Positions 1 through 9,827 are shown, counted from the stretch's first letter. The stretch: 64,000 nt of DNA from a virus (IMGVR_UViG_3300045988_160259:64001-128000); one strand, 5' to 3'. A program made the numbers and translations. Notes: generated by a model from the letters alone, not told the origin.

Positions 1-47
1 TTGATTATGAAATCATTGCCCAAAAGAAAGAGTACGCACTCATCAAA

Positions 48-374
48 ATGGAAAGTACAGAAGAGTACAAGATCGTATCCGACATCTGTGCTGATGGAAG
101 CTGGGCTTACACTGTCTGCTCATGGATGTATGGAAAATATGGTAGAGAAGAATATCTTATTTTACAGGATGCTCTTGATGCATTTCGGTATAAAACGGAA
201 AGTGATTACATCCCACGGTCACGGCTGGAAGAGTTAGCAACTCAATGGAAAGACAAAATCATTCAGGATTGCTGGATGACAGAAGAAGAACAGAACGAAT
301 ACTTCATCGGTGAACAAGATATGGATGATGCAGAATTAGAATTTTTCGGATTATTAAAAGGAGATGATGAATAA
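48..374 (+). CDS. hypothetical protein (108 aa, acidic)
   Basis: ORF track; TAATG stop/start overlap with next gene. Confidence 0.55.
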   Translation: MESTEEYKIVSDICADGSWAYTVCSWMYGKYGREEYLILQDALDAFRYKTESDYIPRSRLEELATQWKDKIIQDCWMTEEEQNEYFIGEQDMDDAELEFFGLLKGDDE

Positions 375-643
375 TGTCGAGACGACGAAAGCCAAAGGAA
401 GTTCTGGATTTTGAAAGGGAATATTTATTTCCTAATGGATTCAGAGAAACAAGAGTAAACGGAAGAGATGGTACTGGATCGCATTTGCATTATTTAAACC
501 GTGCAACTCACAAGAGAATTGAAGTAAATACACGACTGAATAGAGAAGTAAAAGCAAGACTGATTAAAGAGAATAACCTTGTGTCGAATAAAAAAGTGAA
601 AGGAGCGAAAAGAATTGAGAACGCAACAATGTGCTGTATTTGA
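374..643 (+). CDS. hypothetical basic protein (89 aa)
   Basis: ORF; SD aaggag upstream of ATG. Confidence 0.55.
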   Translation: MSRRRKPKEVLDFEREYLFPNGFRETRVNGRDGTGSHLHYLNRATHKRIEVNTRLNREVKARLIKENNLVSNKKVKGAKRIENATMCCI

Positions 644-917
644 TCCAGATCATTACAACATAATTGACATAACCAATTATGAAAAATACCGTCAACACAT
701 CGAGCAACAGCGCGAAATGGAAATCCAGAAAGCGAAAGCCAAACGCAAAAGAGAACGGCAGCGAAAAAAACTTATAGCACAAAGAATCTTTTGCGTGATG
801 CTTATGTGCGTTGGGTATCTACTTATTAGATATGCAAGCGATACCTGGCCGTTAGGGGTAACGTTCATTTTATTTGGGCTGCTAGTAATCACAGAAAGGA
901 AAGCGATTTTATGGTGA
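615..917 (+). CDS. hypothetical membrane protein (about 100 aa)
   Basis: TTG start after SD aaggag; Lys/Arg-rich middle; two hydrophobic C-terminal segments; start uncertain. Confidence 0.45.
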   Translation: MRTQQCAVFDPDHYNIIDITNYEKYRQHIEQQREMEIQKAKAKRKRERQRKKLIAQRIFCVMLMCVGYLLIRYASDTWPLGVTFILFGLLVITERKAILW

Positions 918-1105
918 TTTGGATAAAAATCTTTGATCGGTACGAACCCGTACTATATGTACAGAAAGACACTTTGCGGCATATGACCGTCTTGTATGTA
1001 AGAACAAAAAATACAATGGTTGATGTATATATGAGTCTTGACGGTCGATTATTTGCAACAAGAAAATCTGTAAGAGAAGGAGGCAAGGGAATGTGTACAT
1101 TGTAG
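911..1105 (+). CDS. hypothetical protein (64 aa)
   Basis: ORF; ATG overlaps previous stop. Confidence 0.45.
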   Translation: MVIWIKIFDRYEPVLYVQKDTLRHMTVLYVRTKNTMVDVYMSLDGRLFATRKSVREGGKGMCTL

Positions 1106-1275
1106 CAAGTAATGGTGTAGAAACACAAGCCAGAAAATTAAAATCAACTGTTTCTGTTCCGAAAGCGAAAATGCTAGTAAGAAATTTACAGGATACAGAT
1201 TATCTCGGTTTAGAATACTGGTTGGAAGATGATAATGGGAATAAAATTGAAACGGATGTAATAAAACATGGTTGA
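1093..1275 (+). CDS. hypothetical protein (60 aa)
   Basis: GTG start about 9 nt after SD aggagg. Confidence 0.45.
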   Translation: MYIVASNGVETQARKLKSTVSVPKAKMLVRNLQDTDYLGLEYWLEDDNGNKIETDVIKHG

Positions 1276-1339
1276 TGTACAAACAGCAACTATTCATAAA
1301 CCAGAAAAAGTTTTTGGTTGTTTCTATGGATTCATCGGA

Positions 1340-1355
1340 TGAAAGAGAAATTTCA
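1340..1355 (+). repeat. junction hairpin TGAAA-N6-TTTCA
   Basis: TGAAAgagaaaTTTCA, 13 nt upstream of ATG 1369. Confidence 0.7.
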
Positions 1356-1368
1356 GAAAGGGAGAATA

Positions 1369-1596
1369 ATGGTTAAGTTTGATTTTTATGCAATATATGT
1401 TGAAACAAGCGAAAGAAGTGGTGAAGTTGTAGATGTGTTTTCTTCTTTCGAAGAATGCATGGGACATCGGATGGAGCACGCTAATTGGTTCCGTCCGAAG
1501 GGTGACATATGGATTTTACATATCAACAACGGAAAGAACTTTAGACCATCTGAAAAATGGTATGTAAACGCAGATGGCTCAGTTGAAAGCTACTAA
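1369..1596 (+). CDS. hypothetical protein (75 aa)
   Basis: ORF 1318-1596 trimmed to ATG preceded by gggagaata. Confidence 0.6.
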   Translation: MVKFDFYAIYVETSERSGEVVDVFSSFEECMGHRMEHANWFRPKGDIWILHINNGKNFRPSEKWYVNADGSVESY

Positions 1597-1613
1597 GATT
1601 GGAGGACTAAATC

Positions 1614-1838
1614 ATGGCAAAAGAATTTATTTACAGCAAGACAAGAGAAATTGGAACTATTGGTAAAAACACAGTAGAAATCGGACATTACACTGTTGAT
1701 GGCAAAGAAATGCCTGATAAGGTATACATGGTCACGAAGTTTTCACGGAAAGATGGAACTGAAAGCACGAAGGCAACTGCGATCTGTAGTGTGGTAGACG
1801 CAAATGAACTTGGCAAGCTGCTGATGAAGGTAAAGTAA
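1614..1838 (+). CDS. hypothetical protein (74 aa)
   Basis: ORF; SD ttggagga upstream. Confidence 0.65.
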   Translation: MAKEFIYSKTREIGTIGKNTVEIGHYTVDGKEMPDKVYMVTKFSRKDGTESTKATAICSVVDANELGKLLMKVK

Positions 1839-1851
1839 GGGGGAATACATA

Positions 1852-2073
1852 ATGGAAAACTGGATTAAGAAAATGAATGAGATGTTCGAAGCAAATGAGT
1901 ATACGGATGATAAGAGAGTGACCGTAGATTATTGTGAAAACGCAAAATGTATTCTTGTCAATGTTTGCGGAAATACGGTTGTTATCAAAGCTCTTGATAG
2001 ATTCAATGACTTCGGTTTAATGATGAAATGTATTGCAACAGTTCGGAATCTTTATGAACCTTATAATGATTAA
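1852..2073 (+). CDS. hypothetical protein (73 aa)
   Basis: ORF; SD aaggggga upstream. Confidence 0.65.
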   Translation: MENWIKKMNEMFEANEYTDDKRVTVDYCENAKCILVNVCGNTVVIKALDRFNDFGLMMKCIATVRNLYEPYND

Positions 2074-2081
2074 AATACAGT

Positions 2082-2118
2082 AAGGCAGGTAGAGAATAAT
2101 AATCTATCTGCCTTATTT
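2082..2118 (+). terminator. stem-loop, AAGGCAG...CTGCCTT family
   Basis: 12-bp stem 2082-2093 / 2103-2114 (one G-U), loop gaataataa, followed by atttaa. Confidence 0.5.
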
Positions 2119-2134
2119 AATTGGAGAAAAAAAG

Positions 2135-2374
2135 ATGACAAAACGACAGGAAGAAATTATTAAAGATAACTTGCGGTCTTATAAGGCAAACTTCGATTTT
2201 ATTGAAATTGAAGATGCTGATTATGGTAGTGGATTTTATGTTTTTACCAGCGAAGAGAGAGCAAAAAACAGAGATTGGGCGCAGTATTGTTATAACATTG
2301 ATTACTTGAATGGTTGGTTGTACGGATGTGTCCAGGCTGCAAATGGGGTTATGAAGAGAAAACAGGAGATCTAA
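2135..2374 (+). CDS. hypothetical protein (79 aa)
   Basis: ORF; SD tggag upstream. Confidence 0.65.
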   Translation: MTKRQEEIIKDNLRSYKANFDFIEIEDADYGSGFYVFTSEERAKNRDWAQYCYNIDYLNGWLYGCVQAANGVMKRKQEI

Positions 2375-2377
2375 AAA

Positions 2378-2599
2378 ATGGAAAATGTAAGAAGATTTAA
2401 AGGTGAAATGAAAGAAGCATGGGAAGCTGCTGGGTGGCGTGAAAGATTTGCCGTTGATAATGGAAATAAAAACATTGTTTATGTGAATGGTCATAAATGT
2501 TTACGGTTTACATATTCCAGGTACAAAGAATATCAGGATGCAAACGGGGCCATTTATGACACAGTAAAAAACAGTGGATCGGATAGAAAGGCAGGTTGA
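2378..2599 (+). CDS. hypothetical protein (73 aa)
   Basis: ORF; SD aggag upstream. Confidence 0.65.
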   Translation: MENVRRFKGEMKEAWEAAGWRERFAVDNGNKNIVYVNGHKCLRFTYSRYKEYQDANGAIYDTVKNSGSDRKAG

Positions 2600-2606
2600 T
2601 ATATAT

Positions 2607-4307
2607 ATGGGTAATTTGAAAAAATTCGTAGGAGATTATGCATATTCTTATATTAAAAACATTGCAGTAGATCAAGAGAAGCTTCACAAAGCATTAGTAA
2701 CGCCGCAGAATGCAAGGAATGTGTTTTCTGAATTAGACGAGTTCCAAATAAAGTCCATCTGTGCTGAAATAAGTGCAAATGATACATTTGGAACAATAAG
2801 GGAAACTACGCAGGAAGAAATCATTGAAGATTTTAAGAAGGCTGGATATGACACTGTAATTTTTGATGATGAAGAGAAAATAGCAGAATGCAAAAAGTAT
2901 TATGCAGCAAGAGAAGTAATTTGCACTTATAATAATCTTTCTGGTCGTATGAGTCAGTATCATATGTTGGTTGCAATTAAAAAGGATATTGACAAGATAC
3001 AGAGAAGTAAAACGCCACAAAGGGAAGATGAATATGGCGTATCTATTCTTAATATTCAGATAGCAAAAAACGGAAGCCATATGTCTATTAAGAATCGCTA
3101 TAATCACACCGTAAGCGAATGCGATAGTACACTTAATAATAATCTGGATTTGTTAGTTCCTGGATTACAGGCAAAGGTTCTTGGATATTATAACATAGCT
3201 TCTCTTAATAAGAATAAAACCTATTATAGAAACATTGCTAAAATAAACGGAGTTTATCTAAAATATGTCACAGAAGTTGAAAATGTGTATTTTGGCAACT
3301 TTGTTCTTGATAGTAAAAACGGAGTAAGATTTGCAGACAACGGAAGATATTATGTGAATACTGATCGTGATAATCTTTGTGTTCTTGATTTTCATGATAA
3401 AAAGGTAATCAAGCTTTTCGGTGAAAGAAATCAAATTAGTAAGGGATCTTTATTGACAAGAGCAATGAAAGAGAATTTGTTACATAGTGGTAACAAAGAG
3501 CATATAAACGAACTCAATATTGTTTTCTACAATGCTTTGAAAGAATTATTACGGTGTAGAAGAAAAGCATTGCAATTCATTGCTTGTTGTTATGGTTACG
3601 ATTTTCAAAAGCCATTCACAGTAACCGGTCTACTTGGAAAGTTTACAGCAAACAGTATTAAAAAGATAACAGGAAGTAATAGCGGAATATTATTAGTCTG
3701 CAAAGGAACGGAGGTTTGTTGTGTTGAATTAAATACAGGGAAATTTGAAGTAGAAGTACCAAGAGACAAATATAAATATTCAATTGATGATTATTATGCA
3801 AAATATAATTTTGAAGAAGATAGAAAAAGTGGAAAACTTGGAGTGTTTATCATTCAGCAAGATGCAAAATATAAAAGGGGAGTAGAAAGAACTTATAGTT
3901 CTTCTTATTATTATAGCAATAGCAGCTCAGATGAATTTGATAAAAGTGGTTATAATATCACAGAAGCAAGACAAGCGTTAAAATATCGTCTCAATAACTA
4001 TAAGGCAGATAAACGAAAAAGAGAAGTTGATTCAATTAGTTACGAAGCAGATCTGAAAGAGATTCAAGAAATGTTTCAGATATTAAAGAAAAAACTTGTT
4101 CTTAGATTAAGTGAAGCAAAAACCAGTGAAGATTATAAAAATATTCAAAGTGTATTTGGTTATAGTTTTACTTGGATGGTAAGAGATATGGAGGATTTTG
4201 AAACAAAAGTTATGCAAAATAATTTCAGCACTGTAAAAGAGGCAACTAATAGTATTACAGACTTGAAAGAGAAAATTAAAGAGAAAATAAAAATTATAAG
4301 GGAGTAA
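2607..4307 (+). CDS. hypothetical protein (566 aa; 577 aa if GTG 2574 is used)
   Basis: Long uninterrupted ORF; ATG 2607 avoids overlap with previous gene; no motif recognised. Confidence 0.75.
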   Translation: MGNLKKFVGDYAYSYIKNIAVDQEKLHKALVTPQNARNVFSELDEFQIKSICAEISANDTFGTIRETTQEEIIEDFKKAGYDTVIFDDEEKIAECKKYYAAREVICTYNNLSGRMSQYHMLVAIKKDIDKIQRSKTPQREDEYGVSILNIQIAKNGSHMSIKNRYNHTVSECDSTLNNNLDLLVPGLQAKVLGYYNIASLNKNKTYYRNIAKINGVYLKYVTEVENVYFGNFVLDSKNGVRFADNGRYYVNTDRDNLCVLDFHDKKVIKLFGERNQISKGSLLTRAMKENLLHSGNKEHINELNIVFYNALKELLRCRRKALQFIACCYGYDFQKPFTVTGLLGKFTANSIKKITGSNSGILLVCKGTEVCCVELNTGKFEVEVPRDKYKYSIDDYYAKYNFEEDRKSGKLGVFIIQQDAKYKRGVERTYSSSYYYSNSSSDEFDKSGYNITEARQALKYRLNNYKADKRKREVDSISYEADLKEIQEMFQILKKKLVLRLSEAKTSEDYKNIQSVFGYSFTWMVRDMEDFETKVMQNNFSTVKEATNSITDLKEKIKEKIKIIRE

Positions 4308-4312
4308 AAGTT

Positions 4313-4657
4313 ATGCAGATTATTGATAGAACAGTAATGGCAGATGGAACAAAAATACAGCTTGAAGATTGGCATAGTGAAAATTCAGAAAAATATCCAG
4401 ATTTACATGGATATACAATTGGTGCTTATCCGATAGCGAAAAATGCAAGTAGATTTGGTTGGATAAGAAAAGGTAAAAAGTTCAGACTTTCTATTGCCAG
4501 AAATGAATATGCAAATTACACAGATGATATGATACTTGCAGATTATGAAGCGTTGAAAAATGGAACTAAATCGTTTGCTGATTTGCGAGAACATTTTTGG
4601 AACAGAGAAAAGGATGCGTTTTACTTGGGTTTGACAGATAAAGAGTCAGAGTGGTAA
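4313..4657 (+). CDS. hypothetical protein (114 aa)
   Basis: ORF; SD aagggag upstream. Confidence 0.7.
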   Translation: MQIIDRTVMADGTKIQLEDWHSENSEKYPDLHGYTIGAYPIAKNASRFGWIRKGKKFRLSIARNEYANYTDDMILADYEALKNGTKSFADLREHFWNREKDAFYLGLTDKESEW

Positions 4658-4671
4658 AGGAAAGTGATTAT

Positions 4672-4995
4672 ATGGCAAAACAAATATATTACTTGCATAG
4701 TTGTAATGAATGGAAAGAGTATTCCAGTATGAGGCTTTTATTCATTGGCACATCTCAACAGAAGTTAAAGATGAAAATCTCGAAAGAGATTGAAGAAGGC
4801 AATATGGAATATAAACCTGTTACTACAAGATACGATTATGTTGATGGAGAATTTAAGTTAGTTGACAAAGAAAATACTCCAAAAGAGCAAGCAAAACTAT
4901 TCAGACAGGATTGGAAAACAGAAACAAGAGATGCTATTAAGTCTAAATTAAAATATGGAGATTTTGATTATACATATAATAATGAAGAAATGTAA
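4672..4995 (+). CDS. hypothetical protein (107 aa)
   Basis: ORF 4651-4995 trimmed to ATG after SD aaagga. Confidence 0.65.
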   Translation: MAKQIYYLHSCNEWKEYSSMRLLFIGTSQQKLKMKISKEIEEGNMEYKPVTTRYDYVDGEFKLVDKENTPKEQAKLFRQDWKTETRDAIKSKLKYGDFDYTYNNEEM

Positions 4996-5030
4996 TCAAA
5001 GGAAATTGTAATTTAGAAAGGAAAATTATC

Positions 5031-5225
5031 ATGTGGGTATTTGAAGCAACGTATGAAAATATGGATTGCGATAGTTCTATCAAATCGGTAAAACGGAAAA
5101 TCGAATTTGATGGTGATAACTTTTTCAATACTGGAGATGAGTGCTACCGTTATGCGTTAGAACAAGCATTGAAAATGAAACAGAAAAATGAATGTTTGGG
5201 TTGCCTAGAATTTATAGCATGTTAG
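5031..5225 (+). CDS. hypothetical protein (64 aa)
   Basis: ORF; SD agaaagga upstream. Confidence 0.6.
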   Translation: MWVFEATYENMDCDSSIKSVKRKIEFDGDNFFNTGDECYRYALEQALKMKQKNECLGCLEFIAC

Positions 5226-5241
5226 AAGGGAGAGGTGAAAA

Positions 5242-5388
5242 ATGAAGAGAAATAAACCACGGTGGAAAAATCTTGATATGTGGGAACGGTTAGCAAGAAG
5301 ATGTAAGCAGAACGGAGCTTCTGAAGATACTGTCGAACATATCAGAGAGCATGGAAAACAGAGAGAAATCGAAAAAATTAATAAATGA
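5242..5388 (+). CDS. hypothetical small protein (48 aa)
   Basis: Hand-translated MKRNKPRWKNLDMWERLARRCKQNGASEDTVEHIREHGKQREIEKINK; SD gggagaggtg upstream; below ORF-track cutoff. Confidence 0.5.
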   Translation: MKRNKPRWKNLDMWERLARRCKQNGASEDTVEHIREHGKQREIEKINK

Positions 5389-5401
5389 AATATTAGTTTC
5401 A
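5386..5401 (+). repeat. junction hairpin TGAAA-N6-TTTCA
   Basis: TGAAAtattagTTTCA; TGA is the stop of 5242-5388. Confidence 0.7.
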
Positions 5402-5415
5402 TGAGCAGAGAATAA

Positions 5416-5445
5416 TAAGGCAGATGCAGAAATGTATCTGCCTTA
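5416..5445 (+). other. stem-loop, AAGGCAG...CTGCCTT family
   Basis: taaggcagatgca / tgtatctgcctta, 13-bp stem with GAAA tetraloop; no U-run. Confidence 0.45.
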
Positions 5446-5471
5446 ACTACTAAAAAGGAGAGATATAAAAA

Positions 5472-6152
5472 ATGGGAATTATGTATAACGAAAATGTAGA
5501 AGAAAATAAATTATATAAAGCATATGGAATTACAGTTTATGGAAAAGTAAATAAATATTCGTGGTCGATTTATCCAGACAAAGCAGATGAAGATTGTATC
5601 ATCTTCTTACGGCTTGAGAAAAATGGAGAAGAGTTTTTCAGAATTCATCTCGGTAACAATTGTATCATGAAAGAGAACTTTGATCGGACAATTGACAATT
5701 TCCTTTGGCATGTAAATAAAGAAAATCCAGATCGGTTTGATCTTGAAAACGGAATTTTCAACACTTTATGTCAAGCAAATTCTTTATTTAATCATATGAT
5801 TGAGCAGCATAAGAGAAGAGAGCAGAAAGAGGTGGATGATAAACATAAAAGAGAAGAACGCGAAAAGGAAATTAAAAATATGATCAAATACATTTCTGCT
5901 GAATGCGAAAATAAAGATTGGCTGTTTTATACAAGACATTATGGTTCCTATGGTGAATGTATTGTTTTTGCGCCTAAGAATGACAAGGCAAGAGAAGCGA
6001 TTCTTAACGCTCTTGAATCTGATAACAATGAAAAGTTGAAATTTTATGTGGAGTTTAGCGACAATTATCCAGATAATAAAGATCTTGACGTAAAAGCGAA
6101 CGGACAAATTGATGAAGTTTATCAGATGTTTAAAGAAGGGAAGGTAAAATAA
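5472..6152 (+). CDS. hypothetical protein (226 aa)
   Basis: ORF; SD aaaggagag upstream. Confidence 0.75.
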   Translation: MGIMYNENVEENKLYKAYGITVYGKVNKYSWSIYPDKADEDCIIFLRLEKNGEEFFRIHLGNNCIMKENFDRTIDNFLWHVNKENPDRFDLENGIFNTLCQANSLFNHMIEQHKRREQKEVDDKHKREEREKEIKNMIKYISAECENKDWLFYTRHYGSYGECIVFAPKNDKAREAILNALESDNNEKLKFYVEFSDNYPDNKDLDVKANGQIDEVYQMFKEGKVK

Positions 6153-6153
6153 T

Positions 6154-7332
6154 ATGATGAAATTTACAATGAATGCGAAAGAACTGAAAACCATGATGGA
6201 CAAGGCAGTGACAGTAGTAAACAAAAAAGTGCCAGTCCCGAGTCTTAAAAGATTATACTTTTCGGTTGACAACAAGGGAGTTTTAAAAATTCTTAGTACA
6301 GACATTGAGCATTATATTGAAGTAAGAACACAAGATGCGTATCATACGGAACCAGGTATGTTCGGAATCGACATTGAAGATATTAAAATTATTTCAAAAA
6401 TGTCAGGAGAAATTACCATGGAAGATATTACAACCGGTGAAGAAGAGAAAATCAATATCAAGTGTGGAAAGAAAAATGTTTCTATTCCACGATTTGAAAA
6501 CACAGATGTATTTCTTCCGGTATTAGACAATGCAGAAAATATTTTGGATGTAAAAGAGAACTGGTTATCTGAAACGATTTCTAACTTGTCTGTATTCGTG
6601 TCAAATAGAGAAGAAGTCAATCAGATGATGAGTGTATTTAATTTCAACACAAAGGAAAAACGTGTAGAAGCATTATGGAAATATATGATCGGAATGCGGC
6701 AGTTGGAAGATAATACGATCCTTAAAGAAACAGAAAATCCGTTTGAAACAGTAAAACTGCATTGCAGATGCGTTCCAGTATTCAAAAAATTATTAGACAA
6801 AAAATCAGAAATGGAGGTTATCATCTCTCAAAACGATAAGTATGTAAAAGTAGAAAGTGAAAACTTTACATATATTACAAAAAGAATTGATGGTGAATAC
6901 TTCAAAGTAAATCAGATGTTGTCGGATGAATGGGATTATAAATTTACTGCAAATGCAAAAGAGCTATTAGAGGCAATGAAGTACGACGCAGACCTTTTGA
7001 AAGAATCGAAATTGCCAGTTATGTTTCATGCAGAAAATGGAAATTTATATTCATATGCAAGCACAATGAGATATGAAGCCTTTGATGAAATTGAAGTTAA
7101 AGAAAAACCTATAAAAGATTTTTATATTGGTTTTAATCCGAGTTTTCTTGTGGATGTAATGAGTATTGTAGACTCTGAATATCCAGTTTTTTATGGTACA
7201 AAAGAAGTTTGCCCATGGATTATTAAAGGAGACACATATAGTTTCTTGATTTTACCAGTCAGTATTAAAGATGAAAAACTTAAAGCAGAAGAGAAAATTG
7301 CAAAATACATTGAAATAAACAAAACAGCATAA
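6154..7332 (+). CDS. dnaN: DNA polymerase III beta sliding-clamp-like protein
   Basis: 392 aa. N-terminus MKFTMNAKELKTMMDKAVTVVNKK...PSLKRLYF...LKILSTDIEHYIEV and later RIDGEYFKVNQML resemble DnaN (MKF..., TDLE..., IDGKFPDY). Confidence 0.7.
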   Translation: MMKFTMNAKELKTMMDKAVTVVNKKVPVPSLKRLYFSVDNKGVLKILSTDIEHYIEVRTQDAYHTEPGMFGIDIEDIKIISKMSGEITMEDITTGEEEKINIKCGKKNVSIPRFENTDVFLPVLDNAENILDVKENWLSETISNLSVFVSNREEVNQMMSVFNFNTKEKRVEALWKYMIGMRQLEDNTILKETENPFETVKLHCRCVPVFKKLLDKKSEMEVIISQNDKYVKVESENFTYITKRIDGEYFKVNQMLSDEWDYKFTANAKELLEAMKYDADLLKESKLPVMFHAENGNLYSYASTMRYEAFDEIEVKEKPIKDFYIGFNPSFLVDVMSIVDSEYPVFYGTKEVCPWIIKGDTYSFLILPVSIKDEKLKAEEKIAKYIEINKTA

Positions 7333-7345
7333 TGGAGGAATAATT

Positions 7346-7573
7346 ATGATTTGTATGTTAATTAAACAAGTAGGGGCAGGATATGAAGTTGATGGTCAGT
7401 TTATGGGATATGGAAACAGGAACATTATAGAAGCATTTGCGATGGAAGGAATTGACCTTAAAAAAGAAATGAACGATATGAAAATCGGAGAAGTGAAAGT
7501 TTGGAATATTGGCTGGTATCCAAATGATCGGATTCATAGAAGATATTTACCAGGAGAATTAGCAACCTGTTAA
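7346..7573 (+). CDS. hypothetical protein (75 aa)
   Basis: ORF; SD tggagga upstream. Confidence 0.6.
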   Translation: MICMLIKQVGAGYEVDGQFMGYGNRNIIEAFAMEGIDLKKEMNDMKIGEVKVWNIGWYPNDRIHRRYLPGELATC

Positions 7574-7630
7574 AAGAACGATTTCAAGAACGGAAGATGG
7601 AGAAATATATAAATAGAAAGGAATAAAAAT

Positions 7631-7825
7631 ATGGAAGAAAAGGATATGAGAATTTGTCCAGTGTGCGGAAAAGAAGTAGAAAGAAATGATATGAATTTCA
7701 CAAGAGACTGTCATGGGATTACTTTTAGATTGGTGTGCTATAGTTGTTGGGAGAAATTAATGGAAAAAGGATATGATGGTCAATATTATAGTGAAGCAGA
7801 CGAATGTATTGATGAAGACTATTAG
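7631..7825 (+). CDS. hypothetical zinc-ribbon protein (64 aa)
   Basis: CPVCG...CYSC cysteine pairs; SD aaagga upstream. Confidence 0.6.
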   Translation: MEEKDMRICPVCGKEVERNDMNFTRDCHGITFRLVCYSCWEKLMEKGYDGQYYSEADECIDEDY

Positions 7826-7837
7826 AAGGTGAAAAAT

Positions 7838-8170
7838 ATGATTAGTACATTGGAAAGAGAAAATAGCATTGATGGAATGTTGTTTGGAAAAATGAAAGAA
7901 CTTTCAGATTGGTATGGTCTTACAGGTGTAGGATTTATATGGCATGGAGAATGGAACGATCCTGAAATTGAGTATAAAGGAAAGCAAATCAATGCAACAA
8001 TTGTTGAAGACACAATGTGGGAACGTTGGATTCGTGATGATGACGGAAGATTAATTAACGGAAGAGAAAGCGATGATGGCGGATTTAAAAAGTTCATGTT
8101 AGATAACAAGGATGAAGTTTATGAGTTGATTGAGTTAGCAATGGAAAGCGAGGAACAAATCAGAAATTGA
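7838..8170 (+). CDS. hypothetical protein (110 aa)
   Basis: ORF 7829-8170 trimmed to ATG after SD gaaggtg. Confidence 0.65.
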   Translation: MISTLERENSIDGMLFGKMKELSDWYGLTGVGFIWHGEWNDPEIEYKGKQINATIVEDTMWERWIRDDDGRLINGRESDDGGFKKFMLDNKDEVYELIELAMESEEQIRN

Positions 8171-8212
8171 TAGTGGTCTTGGATTATGTCCGAATTTAAA
8201 AAGAGAATAACA

Positions 8213-8245
8213 AAGGGACAAGAGAAATCTTGTTCCTTATTTTTT
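8213..8245 (+). terminator. intrinsic terminator
   Basis: aagggacaag / cttgttcctt stem (one G-U), loop agaaat, then T-run. Confidence 0.7.
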
Positions 8246-8261
8246 ATGAAAAGGAGAACTT

Positions 8262-8468
8262 ATGATGTTACGGTATGGAGAAAAATTAGATTTAGACAAA
8301 AATCTTTGGGACGCAATCGTCACATATATGAATGATGATATTCGAGAAGATGTGCATTTTGATCTTGCGCCATGTAGTGAAGAAGAATTCCTCGCTGCAT
8401 ACGCGAAGAGAGATCCGGAATTTGAAAAACTGCTGCATGAAGAGTTTGGAATAGAAATGGAGGAGTAA
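8262..8468 (+). CDS. hypothetical protein (68 aa)
   Basis: ORF; SD aaaggaga upstream. Confidence 0.6.
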   Translation: MMLRYGEKLDLDKNLWDAIVTYMNDDIREDVHFDLAPCSEEEFLAAYAKRDPEFEKLLHEEFGIEMEE

Positions 8469-8469
8469 G

Positions 8470-8826
8470 ATGAGAGCATACAAGCTTTTAAGAAAATTAT
8501 CAGACGGAAATCTGTATCCACTCTTTATACATAAAACGTATTCTACGCCAATCAATGAATGGATGCAGGCTGAGTGTTATCCTACAAAGGGATTTGCGGT
8601 TAGATGCGGTTGGCATTGTTGCTTTAGACCATTTGCTCCTCATTTATCAATGAAGCTTGCAAACGGAGAGCAGCGTGTATGGGTCGAATGTGAAGTAGAA
8701 GATTGGGCAAGCTATAACAGACCAGAAAGCCAGGGCGGAAGTTGGATTCTTGCACAGAAAATGAAGATAATCAGAGAGCTTACAGTGGAAGAAGTCGGTA
8801 ACATTTTGCTAGATAAGACGGCATAA
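8470..8826 (+). CDS. hypothetical protein (118 aa)
   Basis: ORF; SD tggaggag upstream. Confidence 0.7.
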   Translation: MRAYKLLRKLSDGNLYPLFIHKTYSTPINEWMQAECYPTKGFAVRCGWHCCFRPFAPHLSMKLANGEQRVWVECEVEDWASYNRPESQGGSWILAQKMKIIRELTVEEVGNILLDKTA

Positions 8827-8896
8827 TTATTTAAAATAATATAATGGACGTATAATGTAAAGAAATGCGTGTTTCATTGGAAAGGAAAGGTAAGAT

Positions 8897-9472
8897 ATGA
8901 GTAGAAAGTATGATATTAGAATTTGTAAATGTGGACGGATTCATGCTATCCCAAATGAGAGGATTGAAAAGGCATTAGATGCTGATAAAAACTTCCTTCT
9001 TATTTGTGCAGCATGTGGAAATGCAACTCTGATTGGTGCAGATATTTCGCCTGATTGGGACGATCCATCAAAAGATTGTTATGAAATGTATTCGGCAGAT
9101 TTTTCTTCATACGAAGATAAAGTAATCAATACAGATACATTTAAGGAAAATGAGAAAGAAAAGGCAGTAGAAGAAATTTTTTACAGTCACGGGATCAAAG
9201 TTCCTATGAAAACAGGTCAGTATGCAACAGACTACTTTAACGGCAGATTTTCTGATAGATGGTATCCTGATTTTTATAAAATTCAGAGAACGGATATTAC
9301 AGTAAAGGAAATCATGGACTTTATTGATGAATATATACACGACAGAACTACAGTAAATATGAATAGATTTATCAATGAAACACCCGACGATGTACTTGAC
9401 GAGTTATCCAATTATCTGATTGATGGGTTAGATTGGAAGGGAACTAAATTTGAAAAAGAGTGGCACAAGTAA
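8897..9472 (+). CDS. hypothetical protein with N-terminal CxC/CxxC cluster (191 aa)
   Basis: ORF; SD aaaggaaagg upstream. Confidence 0.7.
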   Translation: MSRKYDIRICKCGRIHAIPNERIEKALDADKNFLLICAACGNATLIGADISPDWDDPSKDCYEMYSADFSSYEDKVINTDTFKENEKEKAVEEIFYSHGIKVPMKTGQYATDYFNGRFSDRWYPDFYKIQRTDITVKEIMDFIDEYIHDRTTVNMNRFINETPDDVLDELSNYLIDGLDWKGTKFEKEWHK

Positions 9473-9511
9473 GAAATTCGCATTTCTTTAGAAGATTAGA
9501 GGAGACGATAT

Positions 9512-9796
9512 ATGTTAGGATATAAAATCTATTTCAATGGAAACGAATTTGTAGCAGATAATACTGCAATGGAAGTTCAGAATATGCCATTTGATTCAAC
9601 TACGATGTGGTTTGCGAACAAGAAATCCGCAAATGATGCCGTAGAAAAGTATAATGCAAATGATTTAAAAGATGTCAAAAAATGTAAGGAATGCGGAGAA
9701 TATTTTTGGCAAACAGATGAAGAAAGAATATGGTTTACTGATAGGAATATGAAAGCTCCTTGCAGATGTTATTCTTGCAGAAAAAAGAAACACTGA
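9512..9796 (+). CDS. hypothetical zinc-ribbon protein (94 aa)
   Basis: C-terminal CKECG...CRCYSCR; SD agaggag upstream. Confidence 0.65.
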   Translation: MLGYKIYFNGNEFVADNTAMEVQNMPFDSTTMWFANKKSANDAVEKYNANDLKDVKKCKECGEYFWQTDEERIWFTDRNMKAPCRCYSCRKKKH

Positions 9797-9808
9797 AATC
9801 GAATTTCA
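9794..9808 (+). repeat. junction hairpin variant TGAAAT-N3-ATTTCA
   Basis: TGAAATcgaATTTCA; TGA is the stop of 9512-9796. Confidence 0.7.
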
Positions 9809-9827
9809 AAGGAAAGGAAAGAAAACG

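Noticed and set aside
1-237. Frame-1 ORF at the window edge (78 aa)
   Set aside because: It overlaps ORF 48-374, which has the acidic, neighbour-like composition. The frame-1 product is Ser/Lys/His-rich and atypical.
5784-6305. 173-aa minus-strand ORF (and similar long antisense ORFs at 12429-12938, 45881-46498, 45148-45876 and 60534-60944)
   Set aside because: They lie entirely antisense to well-supported + strand genes (DnaN-like, serine recombinase, the 687-aa ORF, SPFH). They have Phe/Ile/Leu/Ser-rich low-complexity composition typical of shadow frames in AT-rich DNA, and no SD.
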